Origin: Tubulanus polymorphus
Taxonomy: Eukaryota; Animalia; Nemertea
DNA length: 64,000 nt
Direction of reading: 5' to 3'
Assembly (NCBI RefSeq): GCF_964204645.1
Contig: NC_134026.1
Location: forward strand, 26,756,150-26,820,149
Below are positions 35,501-47,013 of the stretch, piece after piece (within the stretch, counting starts at the first letter, position 1; each line of letters opens with the position of its first letter). The notes beneath the pieces were generated by a model. The model was not told where the DNA came from. It saw nothing but the letters and a program-made list of their open reading frames with translations, and made no database searches. The translations under genes and the position numbers were made by a program.

Positions 35501-38500
35501 TCCTCATAACTCAAAGATATGAATGTTACTCTCTCATTTTTTCTTACCTTGTTTCATTAATTCACAGTTTTCTTAAGTCAGGTTTTCTCAAATTCAGGTG
35601 AAGTGTACTTTGTGAAGTGTACCATTTACTTTGCTGAATGGGAATTTTAAAAATCTTCATCATCAACTTCAAAGATACAACCAGTAGATGTCTTAAAGTC
35701 AATTTCATTCAGCTGTTACTGTATTCTATTTAGTAATAACTGCTGCAAGTTCATCGACTAATGTACACTGTTCTACTGCGTCTTTTAGATCCTTCTCAAC
35801 ATCGCTACAAAGTTTCTGTAAGGATTCTGTCACGTTTTTCAATGTATTTATTTCCAATCTCATCTGTTTGGTCAATGCTCGTTCCACGGCTAATTCATTC
35901 TCACTTACTTCCAGTTTTGTAACTAAAACCTCATTTTCTTTTTTCAGCATTTTGATGAATTCTGTATTGCTTATCTCTTCCATATTTTCAAACTGTATTG
36001 ATGGGGTAAAATCCGTTTACAGTTCCGCTCATTGCTGTATCCAGTCTACTAATGGCGTGCTTTATGAAGAAATTCTACCTGATTTAATTTTGTTGTTCAG
36101 TCAAGCTTGAACCTCAAGAGATTTCGATAAGATCTTATTTTGAGGACATGTATTTCAGATAATTGCTAGATTGCTTATGATTTAACAATAATTTACTCAT
36201 TCTTTTCCACTTTCTTAAGCATGCCTCAAGGTTTGGATCACTGCAATAGTGAAATGCATGATTACATATCTTTTTTTAACTGATATTCTATACAAAATGA
36301 TAAGTTCAATGAATTATTAATGAATTAATCATCTAATGGTATTATGTTCGACATGGTTGAGGGCAGGTAGGAGTATCGATACAATACAATTTGACATACC
36401 GGGTAACTACAATACCAGTACTTGTTTTATGTGTCTATCATTTGCAGCACTTTCAGATTAATGGATTTCATTCATTACTGATGACAGATTATGGCTATGT
36501 TATATCGCTTATGTTCTGCAGTCTTTCATTCTTTATGTTCGTCGTTACTTGTCATAATTTACACAACATATAATATTAACTGTGAGAAAAGTTTTTCTAT
36601 CCTGATATAATGCGCTGATCAGAAGAATCGATTTGCGTGTGACACTGACCAATTTATTTATTCCGCATGCCGAGAAATCTCTGAGTAAAACAGCTTTCAA
36701 TGTTCAGACATGAAATATCTACTGTATGTGGTGTGTGTGCGTTGTATTCAGTAATCATTTCGAAAAAAGTAGTCGGAACTTGTACATGGATTAATCAAAC
36801 CACGGATTATACGGTCGGGTTTTATGGATTATGGATTATCTTTTTGTTCTACTCTCATTTAGTTGAGCTGCAACAGTGCCGCCTACTGGATGCCTATAGA
36901 ATATTATAAATCCTGGCATTTCATGACTTTGTGACCTACGTGATTTGAGCTATGTTCGTCATGAACCTTAATACAATGGGTATTAAGTTACCTGATAATT
37001 GTTGCCAGTACAATCAGTCAAGCAAACAGTGAACAGTTGATATTTCAACCGCTGACAGCCAATTATCAATAATAATTCGATTCTGCAACTTGATGCTGTG
37101 CGTAGACATGGACTTTAATACGATGCTTAGATTTGAAAGCCTGAAAGTTTTTGGAGAATTTGCTGGCAATGATAGAAGATTTTGTATGAAATTATACCAG
37201 ATCTCTAGTTTATTGTGATAATAGTGAAAGGATTTATTTGCTATAACGTGGAATTATTTGATGTGTATATTATGGCTTGGCGGTAAAAGGCCTATCAAAT
37301 GAAAGTGTTTGCCTTGTGTGGAGCTTTTGGGATATTTGTTTTACGACTGATTATAATCTAGAACTTGGATATTAGATAATAGTTTGTTGTGTATGAAAAG
37401 CATAGGTTCATCATCACAAAAAATTCGTTTCATTGTGGATTGGAGTTCAGTTATTTCTATTGGTGACCTGACTTTTTCTCAAAATAATGACAGCTTTTAG
37501 GATTGAATAGTCGTATTCTGTTCACAATAGTTGTATAGATTTGATTTCAAAGAAATTGCATCGAGCGTTATTGTAAATACGTCTTCGTTTTCAATATGAC
37601 GCCTTTGAAGCGGTATTTGAGACTATATGCCAGTCGAGACAGGACAGTTGTCACTAAATTACCGACAATAAACAACTGTACAGATACGAATTCTACTTTT
37701 CGTAAGGATAAAATGCAATCATTAGCAATGGATGAAATAGTCAAACGAATGAAACGTAGACAGGATCATGAACGAAAGTGGATTCCGATTAGTGTTTGTA
37801 CGGTTTAGTAAGTATTCCACTTGTTCATTGAAAATGGAAGTTTTTTTTTGTATCGGGTTAGACTCGGGTCATCTAATTTATCATGTATTGTACCATTGAA
37901 ATATGTTTGAAATCACTTTTTGTTCATTATTCATTGTGTGAACATGTTGTAGAACTTTGAAATTTGTGCAGGTGGTTTTTTTTAGCATAACAATGATACC
38001 GGCCGGTAGAACAAGCTGCGTTAAACATCTGTGCGTTATTTTAAGAATTTTTGAAGAGCGAGCGTGTTCTCTGAGAACGATCGGACCCCGATATTTTAGC
38101 TATTTCGTGACATGGCTGTACCCTGCTGTCACATTCTTCAAGTGTCAACTGAATAACCCTCTTTTTGTAAATTTCTAATTATGAAGTAAAGAACTCCTAG
38201 GGAGGGTCACCTAGTAGCATTTAGTGAGGACTCGGATTTCGCTCAGAAATGTTTTTGGAGTCATGTAGTTAGTCACGTTATCACGCTATTTTTGGTCACA
38301 GACACTGGGAACCTGCTTGAAAAAGTTTTATTTCAATCGCATAAAGTATTAATTTGTAGGTAATTGATTGAGCCCTGAGAATTTATCTTGCATGCATTTC
38401 CATGTTTACGTATTTCAATGTGTATTAAATATCTATACAAAAGCCAGTTGCGTTCAGAATAAAACATGAAATGTCTAAACAAGGTTTTAATTATAAAATC

Positions 38501-41500
38501 TTGTAGCAAAAAGGACACTATATTTACCTATCATTTATCTGATATTTGAATTAAGTTTAAGCCGGTTAAACTTCAATGAACAAATACAATTTGCTGGATT
38601 ATCTGAATACTGGTATATATGTAAGTGTTTGATCGAAACGAGATGGATTAATCATTTCCATTTAAACAGGAGGGGAATATTAAGAAAGACCAATTTTTAT
38701 GATGACTGAAATACATAAAGTTTCGTGTCACGTGAAAAGGAGAACTAGGATGTTTAAAACTATTTATGGACAACAGAGTAATTCAGTATTCTTTATCAAT
38801 CCATTTTTGCGGTATTTGGCAAATCGTCCAAAATCAAGTCCAAATCTTCGGTTCTTTCGCAGGTATGTAAAGTTCGATACTTATGGAGCGATGAAAAAGT
38901 CTAAAAGTTGGTTAAAGTTAGGACTTCTTATCTTTTTTTGTTTTGAAAACATTCGCATTTTTCTCTGTTACACTTAAACAGACATGTTAGAAAAAAGCGA
39001 TTCCATTTTTGTGAGAAGTTTTTATAGAAACAGTCTTCTGAAGGTAGACGTTACACTTGAAACCTGTTCTTATTTCTGACAATAATTAGTTTAGTTTTTT
39101 TTTCTCCATTTACAGACGACTTCATTAGAATATGGGCAACTAGTACTGTAGGTTATGAATCACGACTGTATAGTAATATAAATGTTATTGATAGACCATA
39201 TTGCGTGATAAATCACCCATAAACCACTGTGAATGGTATGGACTACCATTAGTGATTCAATTTCACTAGAAGAAGATGCAAGGAAATTATGATGACAATT
39301 CAAGTAATTGTAAACCGATGATTGATTGTTCTTGCAATACTTTCACTTGTTCCATTTCAACCTCTGAGATCATACTTGCAGAAGTATTAATTGCCAGTAG
39401 ATTTAGTCAAAACTGCTTATATAGAAAGGACTCTGATAGTTCATTCTATTGAACAGATCCAGATTTAGATTCTGTTTACGCTATATTATGATTGTCACGC
39501 AGGCTTAATGAATTCAAATTTATTCTTTCATTTGAGTGGATACATTGTTCAGATTATTGACAACTACGTATATCACCTAACTAAATCTGTTTATAATATA
39601 CGTAGATTTAATAGAGTTCGTTGTGGATATATTCACTCCGTGTTAAATATGGATATACCTTCGCTAAGAGCTCCTCGATATTTACAAAAAGTAATAAACC
39701 CAGAATTTCCCTGGATTTATAGATTGCGTATTGAATCCAGCTTTCAGTAAGTAATTTTTAATAGCTATTCTGACATTTTCTTGCGCTTTTATTCTTCAAT
39801 TTAGTATGCAAAAGTAAAATAAAGAAAAGAAACTTTTTTGACTTTTGACAAATTGCAAGCCATTTGTCAAGTAGTATTTTGTGTGAGTTTCAATGATAGG
39901 AGGCTACAGTTGTACTGTTGGGTGATTAATAATTCCAAAAATGGTTTTAAATCCTTAGACTGGTTAAATTGCAGAACCAGAGTAGTAGCGATATCTTGAC
40001 AACGAGATTGGCCCCTGGGTTTTGGTTTTGTTCTGTGTTGATTTCGGTAAATCAATGAACAATAATACTAGCGCAAGACCTGGATTTTCTTGAGTTTTTT
40101 TATCAATTCTTTATATTATTATTCAACGTGACGTATTTCTAGGAGGCATCGTATTGAAATCAATGACAGTCATGAGAAATACTGAGATGATAATGACATT
40201 TACTTTGTTTACTTTCCAAATTTGACCTTGCCATAATTCAATATACCTGTCTATATAGACATATTTTTTCACAGCGGAATAAAGCTTATTACCGATAATG
40301 TTTTATTGCTAGTTGTGGGTCACCCGTCAATGCTTCGTGATTATATAGGCCCTCTCATATCACAGGTCTGGCCATTTAAAAGGGATTTATGATCTATCCA
40401 CTATATTTCGTTGCTAAAATGTTACAAGAGCAGAACGAATATTAAATCGTAAAACCGTGTTAATCGTCCAGACCTAAAAGCATTTGTATAGCAACTACTA
40501 ATTCAAATAACCTGTAGGAACTTACTGTAAAGGATTTAGTTAAAGGATCTACGTAGACAGATTCTCGCATATCGGAAGAAATTTGGAACGATTGGTTATC
40601 GTTCTTTAAAATCTACAATGTTGCATGTAGGATGCACTGCCGGGATAACTAGACGTCATTTTCATAAAGGCAAATTGCCACAGATTTTGTTTATCAGGTA
40701 TGACTTAGCCTAGGGTATTTGAAAAAAGTTTCGATGTGACAATTTGTTGGTGAATTTAGGAGATTTCCCACACTATACTGAATTATCAATATACGTAATT
40801 GCATAACTATTTGGACTGAGTAAGGATGTATAAAGTGAGAATTTTGAATTGATAAGTGTTGTGTCCTACGTCTCATATTTCATTATTGGTCGTCAGGGAG
40901 TTGTTGCTATTGCCGTGTAATGCTTCATGCCTTGATTATAATGCAATCTATAATTCAACCTGTATCTGGATACCTGCAAGCGTTGCATCGAGCTCTAATC
41001 CATTTCTATACTGTTCGGATAGGAAACGTAGTTGCCATGGCACTTGGACATGTTTTATTGCCTCCATTAACGTAAGATTTGGATTAAGTTTTATTATCCT
41101 CTATAATGTTCAGGTATTTGCGTGAGTTGTTTTTTGTAGATACATGTTTTGTAGTAATCGATGATCTAGTTATTGGACGCAGGAAGCAGCAGCCCTTACT
41201 GAGCTGTCCTCAAAACTAAGCTTTTCAATGCAAATACCGGTATATACTCTTGCAGCATCCTTTTGAATTATGATTTGATATATGTATACAAATGTGTTAT
41301 ACATGTACAATACTGAATCCCTAATTCGACATGATTGCAGCATCCTCCCTGTAAAATTTACTTTTTCCACTTCAAATATCATCTATGAATTGTACTTTCA
41401 GTTCAACTTCTGCAGCTAATGGATATCCACCAGCCGAACTTGTAACTCCTCCATCGTATAACAATGAATTCAGCAAACGACATAGTATACCAGCAGAAGA

Positions 41501-42517
41501 GTTTAGACACAGCGGTGAACCATCAGACCGGGAACGTAGACGCTCTTCGAAGGACTCTGATCATCGTCCGAGTAGTCGCAATAATAAATCTCCTAAACAC
41601 GATACTAAAGGTAATAGACACCTATAAAACAGTTGAATGTGCTGAATGTAGGTGAAATTTTGTTTTCATAACATCTTGTTGTATGTTTTTTCATTCCAGT
41701 TTTAAATTCTCTTGAGAAAGTGACGCCGAGAGACAAAGAACGCGACAATCGCGACCGAGATAAACCTGAAAAGCCTCTCAGCATCGATCGTACCTGTGCA
41801 GAAGATGGTGAAAGTACCGGCAAAGAAACTGTAAAACCTTCGAAACGTGGCGGATATCAAAATAACTATTTCAAACCTTTAGGAATGAGAAACAACCTTT
41901 CATCTGGAAATGGTGGGAAAGAAGTTCAAACAAAAGCCACAACCAATCATTCTACCAGTAAGTTTGATTATTTTACACATTCTCATTCTTTCCTTTTTGT
42001 TCTTGCCTGTTTTTCTCCTTGCTGCCAATTGCCAATACTTTTTTAGTAACACACCGGTCATTTTTCTCTGCCTTCAGATCGAGAGCAGGATGACCTAGTA
42101 GCCATGGGAACTCTGTGGAAGTCCACTCCCGGAAATAAGACTAATGGTAATATTGGTCGTTCTTTTTCTATAGGGAGCAATAACGGACCATCACAGTCTC
42201 TATCTAATGGATATACTGGTGGAACATTGACATCTCAGCGAAGATTTTCTAATAAATTTGGGCAGCAACCTCGCCAACAGAAAGATAGTAAGAAATTAAT
42301 CTATAAATTCTTTATCGTCAAGTCTCAAAATGACTTTCGTCGTAATAATGTGATGTTTTATGTTTCAGCTGAACCGCGGTATCCAGACCCATTATCCGGT
42401 GCTTCAGCATCATTTCAGCAAAGATTAGCCGAATTAGCAGCTTTAGAATCGGAGACTATACGGTGGGAGAGGACTAGAAAACTTAAAAAACGTTCTAAAC
42501 AAGAGACTTCGTCTTGA
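26007..42517 (+). CDS. C8orf89: C8orf89-like gene with an array of alternative first coding exons and a shared constant region
   Basis: The C-terminus YPDPLSGASASFQQRLAELAALESETIRWERTRKLKK resembles, from memory, the conserved C-terminal block of vertebrate C8orf89 (SDPLTGA...RL..IA.LE.DTIR.E). Longest path 26007-26571, 27916-27964, 28523-28573, 41402-41610, 41700-41957, 42078-42287, 42369-42517 is phase-consistent and stop-free. Confidence 0.6.
26658..26916. mobile_element. 259-bp MITE with 16-bp perfect TIRs and 6-bp target-site duplication
   Basis: CAGGGTCCGATCTAAG ... CTTAGATCGGACCCTG, flanked on both sides by AAATTG; internal GGGCAAGT-like motif repeated about 5 times. Confidence 0.85.
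27669..27741 (+). CDS. Candidate alternative first exon feeding exon 27916 (phase 1)
   Basis: MLYLWRKNIPSGSVLSVNGTTCLQ, then G|GTATGT; 73 nt = 24 codons + 1. Confidence 0.35.
27916..28573 (+). CDS. Two small internal exons of V1 (27916-27964 and 28523-28573)
   Basis: 49-nt exon (phase 1 to 2, donor AG|GTATCT) and 51-nt exon (TTTGCAG acceptor, SRWRDSYKELKEHKMIQ, donor AG|GTGAGT, phase 2). Confidence 0.7.
29784..30262 (+). CDS. Variable first exon V2 (159 codons + 2 nt)
   Basis: MEIRHEFF...AEIQPN then AG|GTAAAA, phase 2; the ORF stop is the TAA inside the donor. Confidence 0.7.
30838..30914 (+). CDS. Candidate variable first exon V3
   Basis: MLLYLYALFSMWRYSMTDLNMGSNA then AG|GTAAAT, 77 nt, phase 2. 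Confidence 0.4.
31117..31214 (+). CDS. Candidate variable first exon V4
   Basis: MGKCLRFHMVNVFHGWFVANGLIRAINIKSSV then AA|GTAAGT, 98 nt, phase 2. Confidence 0.45.
31690..32069 (+). CDS. Variable first exon V5 (126 codons + 2 nt)
   Basis: MDIKGVDQ...VVKAKLE then CG|GTAAGT, phase 2. Confidence 0.7.
32305..32444 (+). CDS. Candidate variable first exon V6 (hydrophobic)
   Basis: MVNLFHLVCSLAALPSVYLLFYHCFAARRFKTWTFGLLRYMLLSGF then AG|GTTTAT, phase 2; weaker donor. Confidence 0.35.
33262..33464 (+). CDS. Variable first exon V7
   Basis: MVVSFGDL...(MSNLYLRKR)...YRLPAYNSDCS then AG|GTATGT, 203 nt, phase 2. Confidence 0.6.
33698..33748. mobile_element. 51-bp palindromic mini-element with a 5-bp flanking duplication
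   Basis: CCATGGACGTATAAACT ... AGTTTATACGTCCATGG with GTTAA directly on both sides. Confidence 0.7.
34236..34300 (+). CDS. Variable first exon V8
   Basis: MNRYLCLPPVHSPGPYMERYL then TG|GTAAGT, 65 nt, phase 2. Confidence 0.6.
35137..35276 (+). CDS. Variable first exon V9
   Basis: MNFRLPDLKQSKFVAASMVIPYDSLKLRFRSDPTPAELFIEYHLRT then AG|GTAAGA, 140 nt, phase 2. Confidence 0.65.
35726..35983 (-). CDS. Antisense nested ORF encoding an 85-aa coiled-coil peptide
   Basis: ATG-initiated, E/K/L-rich heptad-like MEEISNTEFIKMLKKENEVLVTKLEVSENELAVER...; minus-strand donors AG|GTAAG (~35548) and GA|GTAAGT (~35459) lie downstream. Confidence 0.4.
   Translation of the reverse strand: MEEISNTEFIKMLKKENEVLVTKLEVSENELAVERALTKQMRLEINTLKNVTESLQKLCSDVEKDLKDAVEQCTLVDELAAVITK
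37596..37807 (+). CDS. Variable first exon V11
   Basis: MTPLKRYLRLY...TKLPTIN...WIPISVCTV then TA|GTAAGT, phase 2; splicing would turn the apparent TAG stop into TAT. Confidence 0.65.
38699..38862 (+). CDS. Variable first exon V12
   Basis: MMTEIH...(MFKTIYGQ)...PFLRYLANRPKSSPNLRFFR then AG|GTATGT, 164 nt, phase 2. Confidence 0.6.
39508..39746 (+). CDS. Variable first exon V13
   Basis: ...MDIPSLRAPRYLQKVINPEFPWIYRLRIESSF then CA|GTAAGT, phase 2. Confidence 0.6.
40618..40697 (+). CDS. Variable first exon V14
   Basis: MLHVGCTAGITRRHFHKGKLPQILFI then AG|GTATGA, 80 nt, phase 2. Confidence 0.55.
40920..41071 (+). CDS. Variable first exon V15 (alternative ATG at 41037 in GCCATGG context)
   Basis: MLHALIIMQ...MALGHVLLPPL then AC|GTAAGA, phase 2. 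Confidence 0.55.
41402..42517 (+). CDS. Constant region of the C8orf89-like gene: exons 41402-41610, 41700-41957, 42078-42287, 42369-42517
   Basis: The first exon opens with a phase-2 acceptor (TACTTTCAG|T TCA ACT) and has no internal Met. The remaining exons join in phase 1. S/R/K-rich disordered sequence ends in a conserved-looking helical C-terminus. Confidence 0.85.
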
Positions 42518-43504
42518 AATCTGTGATATTTTAGATTAATGTGCTGTGTTAGTTACTGCTCAAACGATCCTCTGCTGCACACAATGATGAGGATTAACAG
42601 ACTTTAAAGTGACGTATGTTTTACCTCAGACAGTGAACGCTATCAAAATATTTCATGTAAATTCCATGTCTGTTGACTACTTTATCTATGTACTAATGAC
42701 AGTAGATTTACGACAAAAATAAAGAATTGTTATCAATTCTAGTCAGCCAAAATATATATTCATGTGTAACATTGACTAGTTGATGCATGATAGTTACGTC
42801 ACTGCTGTTCAACAGGAAAAATCATTGAACAAAATACTGCAAACTATGCTTTCGCGGGTTCATCTTCAATTTTACAAAAATTGGAACAATTTTGACAGGT
42901 TTGTAATCGGTGACACCTGAATATTGTATATAGAACAGTTTCAGTAAAGTCTCAACTCCCGTTTTAGAGAGTTTCTTGTAAATAGTGTTAGTCTTTCTAA
43001 TTAACAAAATTGTATTCCTTGTTCCTGCTAATACAAGCCAGTGTTTTTACGGAAGATTTTAAGGCTGTTGGATCTATAGGAAATTACAAATTTACAATAC
43101 TTTATAATTATATTCTGTAGGTTATATCTTGAAGTAATTGTAGATGGGTTCAAACTTTCATTGTACAGAAATCAGATTATATTATAACATTGTTCCGTTT
43201 GAAAGAGAAATTTCTATTGTTTTTTCACTTGTTTTCCACCTTTATGAATTGCATTAAATATATATATATATATGTATACGGAATATCCATTTGAAAATAG
43301 AGTTTGCTTTATTTCGTGTTCTCTGTTCACGTCTCTGGGTGGAATTCACGCGGAGGATAGCTGAAATGAGATCCTTTTAGAAACCGATTAACACGAAGTC
43401 AAGCTGATTTAATATGCTTATAATATACGAATTTCTTATTTTATTCTTTGGACAATATATATGTATATATATACATAAGTTCTCATAGCACCGTTTTAGT
43501 TCAT

Positions 43505-44082
43505 TTAGAATAATGAGTTGAGGTGGGATCCACCAAAATTATCTTCAAACATCGTCGTTCCTGTGAATTGTTCATAATCAAAATTTTCGATCGATTGATT
43601 TCGTACGATGTTATGATTACTATTGCGACCATCAACTGGGGCACAGTTTGTACCTGCGCAACCATTCATATGGCTCCAAAAGCGTGTAGTATCCGTATAA
43701 GCCATATGATTTGAAAATAGATGTCCAGATACAGATGAAGTTTCAGTGGTTGGAAGAGATCGACCACTACAGGCTGAATTATCGCAATCGGTATACGATC
43801 CAATGTCATCAGAACTGTAGTTACAGAAGTTTTCAGGTTCATCCTCGATTTCCCGCTGGAGCTGTTTAATATAACACAGTGCGCTGTGTAAGATTTCCCC
43901 TTTTGAAGGTTTCACGTAGTGCTGCAATGTTGGGATATGTTGTTCCAGTTGAGTGAACGCTTGGTTGATGAGACTCACGCGTTGACGTTCCCGCTGATTA
44001 CGTCGATGAACACTTTCCGGTGCTCGTTCACTATGTGGGATGTGACGACGCTTTCTTCGTTTCTTCACTTTTTCTCCGTTTC
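43505..44082 (-). CDS. Achaete-scute-like (group A) bHLH transcription factor; start codon not resolved
   Basis: HIPHSERAPESVHRRNQRERQRVSLINQAFTQLEQHIP...SKGEILHSALCYIKQL. No in-frame ATG upstream; acceptor TTTTAG at ~44083 implies an upstream exon. Confidence 0.85.
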
Positions 44083-45735
44083 TAAAATACGTACATCAAA
44101 ATACATCATTTAATTTCAATCAACCAAAACGTTTTTATTTCTATTTAGAAATCAACCATGAAAATCAGTAAGAAATCACTACTTAGTATCAAAAGACAGC
44201 TTTCGATTGAATGTGGCCGATTGTAGAATAAAATTTCCGGATTGCAAACTCTCCACCGGTGTTTTCCGAAATTACGGAAAGCGTATGCCTGGTGGAGACG
44301 AAACATCCCAGAAGAGAATCCCGGAATCGATTGAAACCTGCCCAAGTTCAGTTTACGAAATTTTTTATAATTTCAAAATGGTGATATCATCATTATACTT
44401 ACAATTTATTATCACCTTGAGTTGCGCTGATAGCAGTTGAATTGATAAAGGAAACCATGATGTTGAATGTTTGAGAACGAATCTGGATTTGAGGGATTTT
44501 TGCCTACCTGGGATTATATATATCAGGGTATGACCCCCCTCCTGTGAAGGGGGCTGTAGTGGTCCCCAATTATCCGAGGTTGGATGAATTCGCGTGGCCG
44601 TCTAAGTACATGGTGATCAGCGTGTGCGAGATTCACACCTTTAGTGCAGCAATACACACCATATTAGATTAGATAATTACCTCTGATTGTCTTTTCCTAT
44701 CGAACATCAAAAGATAATCTCCATCTAAACAAGGCATTCGGATGTTGTAGTATTTTTATTTACGGGACTCAGTAGGACCGATTTGTTTCATGCATTTATC
44801 CACTTGAAGAATCACGTTACGACGAGAATGACCAGATCAAAGGGTACGTTCAAAATCGGGCGCAGGTGATGAAGAGGAGATTTTAACATTTATTTTCTTA
44901 GTTATCGTCCGTTGGCGCTGAAATATACTCTAAGAAAGATATCAGATGCACAACTACGCGATAATATTATACATCTTTTGAACATGACAAACATAATTTT
45001 CAACATACAAACCAAGTATTCAATCTATCCGAGGAAAATTTGTCTCACATCAGTCAACTGCCACAGATACACGGAAGCTTCCTTTTCTGAATAAAGTTTT
45101 GTTTCGTTCTTATTGTGTCCACTGATTACTTAATTAGATGTTTGGGTTGATATCAATTGCAAATGATCAATTGGATTTTGTGATTATTCACTACATGTAT
45201 TTGCTGCAACGACGCTTTTTTCTCAGGTTTTCCACGCAAAAACTCATATTGACGCTTTTAAATATTAAGTTCGAAATATACATGTTTATGAAATGATAAA
45301 CTGGAGCGGATCGGAATAAAAATGGCACAATAGTTTCTGTTTGTTTCGGATTGTATGGTGTCGTGTCTTTATAAACAAAAAGTTCCTCCAATAATTCAAA
45401 ACCCGGTTGATGATTTCTTGCTGACGTTTCTAATTATCGTCATATTCATTACCATCTGCCTGGATACATTATTTCTCTCTTTGAAGTAACCGGTTTAATA
45501 AAGATAAATTACCGTCTTCATTGATCAATTGTCTATGATTATTTAAATGCATAAATCGATATTCAACAACTCGGTTGGAATGAACACCTGTTGTTTGATA
45601 CACGTGGGGTTCAATAATTAGACAAACACATTCATAAATCTTCTCTGCATTTTTTTTAATGAAATAAATAATGATCTATATTCAACGTGCGCTATTACAA
45701 AACAAACATTACAAGTATATAATTTGAATCAGTGA

Positions 45736-46161
45736 TTACAGTCCTTTGCTTCGAAGAAAATCCGCCAAAAGCATCACATTTCTGTTGCATTCCTCTGCAT
45801 TCATGGATCCCGAATGAACTCCTACGATAATAACTTTAAAAGTTTGACACACAGTGAAGCCGCTGGTTCCCGTATCCACGTCGAAATGTTTTGCGAAAAT
45901 GCCTTGTCCGTCTGCTATGGTGACCCTGTAGTTTTTACCTTGTATGAAGAGGTTATCTTTATAAATAGAATTCGGGCAGTTAATACCTTTTCGTATAGCT
46001 TCTAACTCGTCTGGATTTACCCAAAAACCGTCACTTGCACTTAGTTTTCGGTGTCGGTCTCTCGTATATATCGCTGCTCCAGAAATGTGACCACATCCAA
46101 TAAGAATATCTCTGATATATGTATCCCACGATTCTAAATGAATATTTGGTGTTACTGCCAT
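45736..46161 (-). CDS. Profilin-family protein, intronless, divergent copy A
   Basis: SWDTYIRDILIGCGHISGAAIY...LFIQGKNY...VIIVGVH...CNRNVMLLADFLRSKGL matches the profilin fold pattern. Confidence 0.88.
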   Translation of the reverse strand: MAVTPNIHLESWDTYIRDILIGCGHISGAAIYTRDRHRKLSASDGFWVNPDELEAIRKGINCPNSIYKDNLFIQGKNYRVTIADGQGIFAKHFDVDTGTSGFTVCQTFKVIIVGVHSGSMNAEECNRNVMLLADFLRSKGL

Positions 46162-46793
46162 CTTTTATGCCCCCGTAAAACAGTTTTCTATTGGCTTAAT
46201 GCCTGCGTATGTTTTACCACTTGTCTCAAATGTTCTGTTGTCAATGGTACGTATGTTTAACAAACATTTTATGCAGCTCACAGTGACACTTGACCTGCCT
46301 TTCAAAGCACAGTCAAATCCTGCAAATCGAGCCCCTTAACGTATATAAATATCGCGTAAAAGGCGATCAAGCGTCCATTTAATCAACACCGTGGCTTTTC
46401 TAATAATACCGCATTAATTAGGATAAAATTGATCCATGAAATACGCTGTCACAATAAATCGCAACTACGCAGAATTTTGTCCCGTGCCGATACACCTTGT
46501 ATTTCCCATAAATATCAATGTATTAACACGATTTGTTACTTACTTAATTATTGAATGATTAGGTGAGTTGCGCCGAGCATATATTAAATGATTTATCGTG
46601 TTGGGCCTTTTTCATTAGAATACTTATAGTTATGTCTCGACTTCTGTCCCATTCGATGACAAGCTACAAGAGGATGGCATTTTACCACTCCGACTTGGAG
46701 AGGAATCTCACAAAGTATAAACAGACGACAAAATATCACGGAAAGTTATGAAATTGATATCATTTTTTGATAATAACCTTTCATAAAGTATTA

Positions 46794-47013
46794 GGCCAAA
46801 AAAAATTGATACCTTGTTTCTCCGCTCTGCTGAGCTTAAATGTTGACCCGGCCGGCCGCCTATCTACCCTATACATTACTTTTTTTTAAATCGTGATCAA
46901 TTTCACCATAACAGACCCGGCCGCTATAGAAATGAACTGTTTATAAATTTTATCATACTTTACAAAAATGACCCGGCCGCTGCGGAGAAACAAGGTATCA
47001 TTTTTGTTTAGCC
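46794..47013. mobile_element. 220-bp MITE with ~32-bp TIRs and TTA/TAA flanks (Zator- or PIF/Harbinger-like)
   Basis: GGCCAAAAAAAATTGATACCTTGTTTCTCCGC vs GCGGAGAAACAAGGTATCATTTTTGTTTAGCC; internal GACCCGGCCG three times. Confidence 0.8.

Noticed and set aside
36344-37290. Tiny phase-2 candidates (MFDMVEG at 36344, MAW at 37272) and ORFs 36391 and 36700 as additional variable exons
   Set aside because: Too short to distinguish from chance, or lacking a phase-2 donor; not listed as features.
38576-38620. ATG frame ending at a strong GTAAGT donor
   Set aside because: Phase 0, incompatible with the constant exon; more likely a 5' UTR exon for V12.
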